This document shows, piece by piece, positions 59,224 to 64,000 of a stretch of 64,000 nucleotides of DNA (position 1 is its first letter; every line of letters starts with the position of its first letter). Below the pieces are notes generated by a model. The model made no database searches, was not told the DNA's origin, and was given only the letters and a program-made list of their open reading frames with translations. The stretch is from Styela clava (Eukaryota). The stretch lies in assembly GCF_964204865.1 (NCBI RefSeq), contig NC_135252.1, forward strand, positions 12,152,001 to 12,216,000, in the 5' to 3' direction. The position numbers and the translations under genes were made by a program.

Positions 59224-61701
59224 GTCACTCAATTAGTTTTATTATTGACTGATAAAGCCTGTTTTGAATATTCATGTAGTGGGCTATGCATGTGTTATTT
59301 AAATGTGAGAAAAGGAGAAAAAATACTTTCCTTGGCCTCTTTATTTTTAATCTGCCAAAGATCAAACATTCTAGAGCCAGAAATGTGTGATTTGCACCAC
59401 AGATTTTTTTTTTAATCAGAATTTCAAGACATTTTTGCAAAGCTCGTTTTCCTATTATTTCAATTGAAAAGTTGTTCTTGTTTTTTCAAACAAATCATTT
59501 GCAGTTAAAATTAGGATCATACACATTTAACCATTAGTACTCGATTGTGTTTTCAATACTTACTCCCTAAGACCAAGTGTATGTATACTAAGCTTCAAAT
59601 TTATTTATGAAGTTTCAAGAAGTCTATTATTTTATCAACATAACAAGGCATTGTTCTATGATTTCTCAGCTATTTATTGTAACAAGACAACTGACCAAAC
59701 AGTTTCAATGAAGCTGGCAAAGTTTTATGCAAGTGTGCATTGCTTTCTCATAATGCCCAAACTTTGACAATATAATTGTAAAGTTAGAAAAATTCTTATT
59801 ACCAATTACATTTTAACAAATGTATTATGATTTGATATTGACACCTGTGACATCAGAAGTTGATTGAGTGTTTGAATACATTCTAAATTGGTTGCGTTCG
59901 ATGTAGTAAATATGTCATATTAGGAACCATCTACTATACTATGCCGGGTTATATCTTTCTGTAGGGGAGGCCAAATTGGAAGTATATTTCATGAACAATA
60001 TTTTATTAGAATCGGTTTTGGCCTTTCTTAATTGGCATAATCAGGAATTTATTTTGTTGAGATGTAGTGAAAGAGTAGTTGATGTTACTCTCAATCATCT
60101 CTCCTGAAATGAGCATTGAATATTATACTAATATCAGTAGATTCAAGTTATCATCAATTTCATTGAAGAATTTTTTTTTTCTGTTTTGTAAACATTTGTT
60201 GTCAAAGTCATTCATACACAGCTGTGTTGTTGTACATCTGTTTTGTATTGTTGTTTGTCATTTTGGCAGAAATTACATTCTTGCATCCTTTGTTGTATAT
60301 ACAAAAGAAGAAAACATGGGCTTATGTTGTGTCTTCTGTTGTCTGTATTTTTAGGGGCAAGTCTAGAGTAATCACCCAGGCAACGTGAAATGGGCAAGCT
60401 TAGGTTGTAGAAAAGGTCAATTATCATTTTGGGATGCTGTGCCTATTCGTCTTGTTAAAGTCCGATTGCGCTCAGCTTTGTGCATGCTAGCGCAGAAAAT
60501 GTGATGTTCGTATCATAATGAGGGTGTTCACATAGTTCAGTGCGCGGTGGTGTCGTATTGAGGGTCTTCATCATGAGGTCGAGCGTTAGTAAAACTGAGG
60601 TGGTCAGAGATCGTTTAGCCATTACCAAAAATATTCTGCACTAAACGATGGACAGGCCATATTATATATACGCGTTGGGACAGGCGAGCGAGACATAACT
60701 TTCTCGACGTAAGCAACCAGGGTGAAAATTTGACTGTTTTGAAATTTGCCGCTTTTCGCCACGATAGATTTTGAATGGAATATCAGACGCAGCGTTGCAG
60801 CAACAGAATCAAAATTTTTTTAATTCAAAATACGATTCAACTGAAAGGTAAGATTGATCTAACATCTAACGAAGAATGACTGGTTAGGGAGCGGGGATAA
60901 TGAGATAATTCAGTGGTTATGGTTTCAGCTGATCCATGTTTCCTCAGTTTTTTGAAGCAAGATCAACGCAATCAAAAATTGTTGAAAAAGTGGTTGAATG
61001 TGACCTATAATACAGTAATATGATATGGCCTAATAATAATTGTTGTTGGTCTGATTCGAGAAGTTTAACTTAAAAATACAAGCTATTCAAAAGTTTGTCA
61101 GTTGTCACTGTAAATACTGTAATAATTAGGCATACAAACTAATTGCTCTCCCGATGCATGCCAATGCATGAGGACTGAAGGATAAAAACAAGATATGATG
61201 ACTATATTATACTGATATGTTAACATTATAATATTTTACTAATGTTCTTTTTTTCACATGTATATTTACCGTTACATGTCTGCATCACTGCATGTAATAA
61301 ACCTTTATAAAGGTATTGCCAGTTTCCCCCATTTTCCTAATCTTCTGTGTGTTCATTGTTGGAGTATGGAGAAATAGTGCTCATTGCTGCCTTGATATTC
61401 ACCACAGCAGCAGTCCACCAAGTAATCAATTAATTTGCCTGAAATGCATAGACTGGGATATTGAAGAGAACCGATTAAGTGTAAACGATTATGTGATGTG
61501 GTCCACTTGCTTGCACATAAATATACAATTGTGCAATAATTTAAACTAATAATATGAACCAACCATCTTCTTATTTGACTTTTCAAATTATGCATTGTTA
61601 CTCCTGCTTTTTACACTCTCGCTTACTAACCATTAGGATAGCTTTTCATTCAAGTGCTTGTCCTAATTTTACAGGGCTGTGAGATTCTGCATGATAATAT
61701 T

Positions 61702-63135
61702 ATGGCGAAGAAATATTTAATTGTACTTGCACAAGAGCATTTTGAATTTCGGATTCCTGAACTCGAGTCAGTTGCTGGGATATTTAAGAAGAGATTACTT
61801 GACATATGGGACAAGCAATTGATAGACCACTCATTGAGTAATCACGTTGATGAGTCTCTTCAAATACAGAATGAAGATGATGAAAAAATGTCTATACACA
61901 ATTACTTCAATCAATATGATACTCCCTATATTCTATTGCATAATGTTAGTGAGCAAGATGTAAAAAATATTATGTCTAGGACCATTTTGGCAAAGAATGC
62001 TTATGAAATATGGGGATATGGAAAAACTTATAATGATATGAAGAAATCTATATTAGAATTTCCTGAAGATGCAAAAAAATCTTGCTTTAATTCGTCATTC
62101 TGCATCAGAGTAAAAGCATGTGGACGCAAGATGTCAATTCCGGAACAAATTAAGATAATAGACAGCCTTGAAGATGTTTTACCATTTGAAGGTGAGGTTG
62201 ATCTTAAATCACCTGAAAATGAATTTCATGTTATTGAGGACTACGGTGCCCATAAAGGCAAAAAATTTTCTGGTGATCCTCATTATATATATTTTGGTCG
62301 ACTCATTGCTGATGGCCAAAGAAATTTGCTTCAAAGCTATTCTGTAAAGACCCGAAAGTTTATTGGGAACACATCCATGGACGCTGGTTTATCTTTTATC
62401 ATGTCAAATGTTGCTAAAGTTAAACCAGGAGATTATGTTTGTGATCCATTTGTGGGCACAGGTAGTTTACTAATAGCTGCCGCTCGTCATGGTGGTTTTG
62501 TCACCGGTGGGGATATAAATTATAACATTTTACATGCCAGAGGAAAGTCTTCGAGGGTGGGTGCTGGCTATAGGGACAAGGATGAAACTATAAAAGACAG
62601 TTTAAAACAATATGAACTTCAAAATAAATATCTGGACGTAATGGTTCAGGATAATGCAAGTAATGCCTGGAGAAGTCCCTTGAATATGTGTCATGGTATT
62701 TTTGATGCAATCATTACTGATCCTCCATATGGAATACGTGAACGCTGTCGAAAAGTTGGTAAAAACAAGGAAGTGGCCACTTCCGCAAATGAGCCCACAA
62801 TACACTATCCGGAACAAACTGCGTATCATCTTGATCAAGTTTTCATTGACTTGTTGACATTTGCAGCCCGAACATTAGTCCCAGGTGGAAGGCTTGTTTA
62901 CTGGTTGCCTATTTATAGGCCTGAATATTCAGATGATATTATTCCACGCCATCCTAATTTGAAACTTTTGTATAATTGCGAGCAGCCACTAAAAAGAGAA
63001 ACTTCAAGAAGATTGTTAGTGATGGAAAAATGTGAAAAGGAAATAGCGGACTGTCAAACTAATGGGGCTTCTTTTAATAGTGATGCACATAGGGGTCATA
63101 ATGCATTCCGTAACAAATATTTTAAAACTAAATGA
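61702..63135 (+). CDS. TRMT11: tRNA (guanine(10)-N2)-methyltransferase TRMT11, intron-free CDS
   Basis: AQEHFEFRIPELES, RKFIGNTSMDAGLS, DPFVGTGS, IITDPPYGIRE, GGRLVYWLP. The ATG follows a TTTTACAG acceptor at 61674; a possible 5'-UTR donor (AAG|GTAAG) lies at ~60848. Confidence 0.93.
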   Translation: MAKKYLIVLAQEHFEFRIPELESVAGIFKKRLLDIWDKQLIDHSLSNHVDESLQIQNEDDEKMSIHNYFNQYDTPYILLHNVSEQDVKNIMSRTILAKNAYEIWGYGKTYNDMKKSILEFPEDAKKSCFNSSFCIRVKACGRKMSIPEQIKIIDSLEDVLPFEGEVDLKSPENEFHVIEDYGAHKGKKFSGDPHYIYFGRLIADGQRNLLQSYSVKTRKFIGNTSMDAGLSFIMSNVAKVKPGDYVCDPFVGTGSLLIAAARHGGFVTGGDINYNILHARGKSSRVGAGYRDKDETIKDSLKQYELQNKYLDVMVQDNASNAWRSPLNMCHGIFDAIITDPPYGIRERCRKVGKNKEVATSANEPTIHYPEQTAYHLDQVFIDLLTFAARTLVPGGRLVYWLPIYRPEYSDDIIPRHPNLKLLYNCEQPLKRETSRRLLVMEKCEKEIADCQTNGASFNSDAHRGHNAFRNKYFKTK

Positions 63136-63635
63136 TATTTTTTGAAGATAAAATCTTTTTGCACTTTCACTCCTGATGAGGCTGCTGACAATAAATTTTG
63201 CGTGGAATTTTTTATAGGTACTGAAGTTTTTTATTAAGAACGTGAATCAGATCAGATACTTACCTGGACATATCAGAATGCTTTTTGAAATCATCGACAC
63301 AATGTGGGTGTTGTGTATTTCTCGAACGTTATAAATATGAAGTGGTGCAACAGCAACTTTGTCAGCAATTTGCTTATAGGAATTCTATTACCTGTTACTT
63401 GAAATATCGTTGTGCATTTATGATTCTTCATATTTTTTCTGCCATTATAAATCAGCCTCAGTTGAATTAGTGCCATACATATGCCTATTTTTAATACACA
63501 AATGTATGTTTTAATTGTACTTCTGACACAATTTTCTAATGCTGGATAGTTTCAGAGGTTTAACTCACTATATTTTTCTGTTCTACACAGTTTGCTAATC
63601 CTACTACCTCAACAAACATTACTAATTTGACAAGG

Positions 63636-63680
63636 ATGACTAAAAAGACTTACCTTGGCTTTGACTTCAGCACACAGCAG
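63636..63680 (+). CDS. XYLB: Xylulose kinase, first coding exon (gene continues beyond the window)
   Basis: MTKKTYLGFDFSTQQ|GTAT matches the XYLB N-terminal LGxDFSTQQ motif followed by a phase-0 donor; acceptor TTCTACACAG at 63590. The call rests on only 15 codons. Confidence 0.75.
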
Positions 63681-64000
63681 GTATATGCTAATTTTGAATG
63701 TCTCGTATAATGAGACAACCCATTTGCACTGACCAGGGGTTAGCAACATCTTCCATATTTTGAATTAAAAAGAGTGTTATTTAATAATATTTGCATAATT
63801 TTAATGAACCATAATCAAACAAGAAATTATGTTATTGCATCTTCTCTGAATATGTTACAGAAATTATTGAAATTTTTCACGCAAAAAGTCACAGGGCTTT
63901 TGGTGTCAAATTTAACACCATTATACACCTTGTTTTGGTGTGCTCAAAGCAATGTCATAAAAACTCCTTTGTGAACAAATAAACTGTTGAGTTGCAAGCA

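Noticed and set aside
60880-60890. Minus-strand CCCTAACC as a possible telomerase RNA template
   Set aside because: An 8-nt match is expected by chance; no pseudoknot or H/ACA structure could be supported.
63173-63225. CTGATGA...CTGA as a C/D snoRNA or hammerhead core (also CTGATGAG at ~30174)
   Set aside because: No terminal stem and no properly placed GAAA or helices.

Overview
AT-rich animal (eukaryotic) genomic DNA with GT-AG introns; an invertebrate chordate such as a tunicate is plausible but cannot be proven from the window. Layout, left to right: (1) 1-9.3 kb is a nest of mobile DNA: a Mag-type Ty3/Gypsy element on the minus strand with a tRNA-Leu PBS and a short LTR, broken by a duplication/inverted-triplication in RNase H, plus hAT transposase relics and MITEs. 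(2) Two head-to-head ACSL3/4-like paralogues, each with an intron-free CDS. (3) A roughly 22-exon MBD5/6-like gene on the minus strand (MBD ... PWWP, about 2,760 aa by my manual reconstruction) with one 5.9-kb exon and many intronic MITEs. (4) A complete CHD3/4/5 (Mi-2) remodeler encoded by a single 5.5-kb uninterrupted ORF. (5) An intron-free TRMT11 CDS. (6) The first coding exon of xylulokinase (XYLB), which is not in the ORF track. The most striking pattern is that four normally intron-rich genes have intron-free CDSs, each preceded 25-46 nt upstream of the ATG by a pyrimidine-tract/AG acceptor, while their neighbours keep introns. This suggests retroposed replacement genes, and possibly an SL-trans-spliced TRMT11-XYLB operon.
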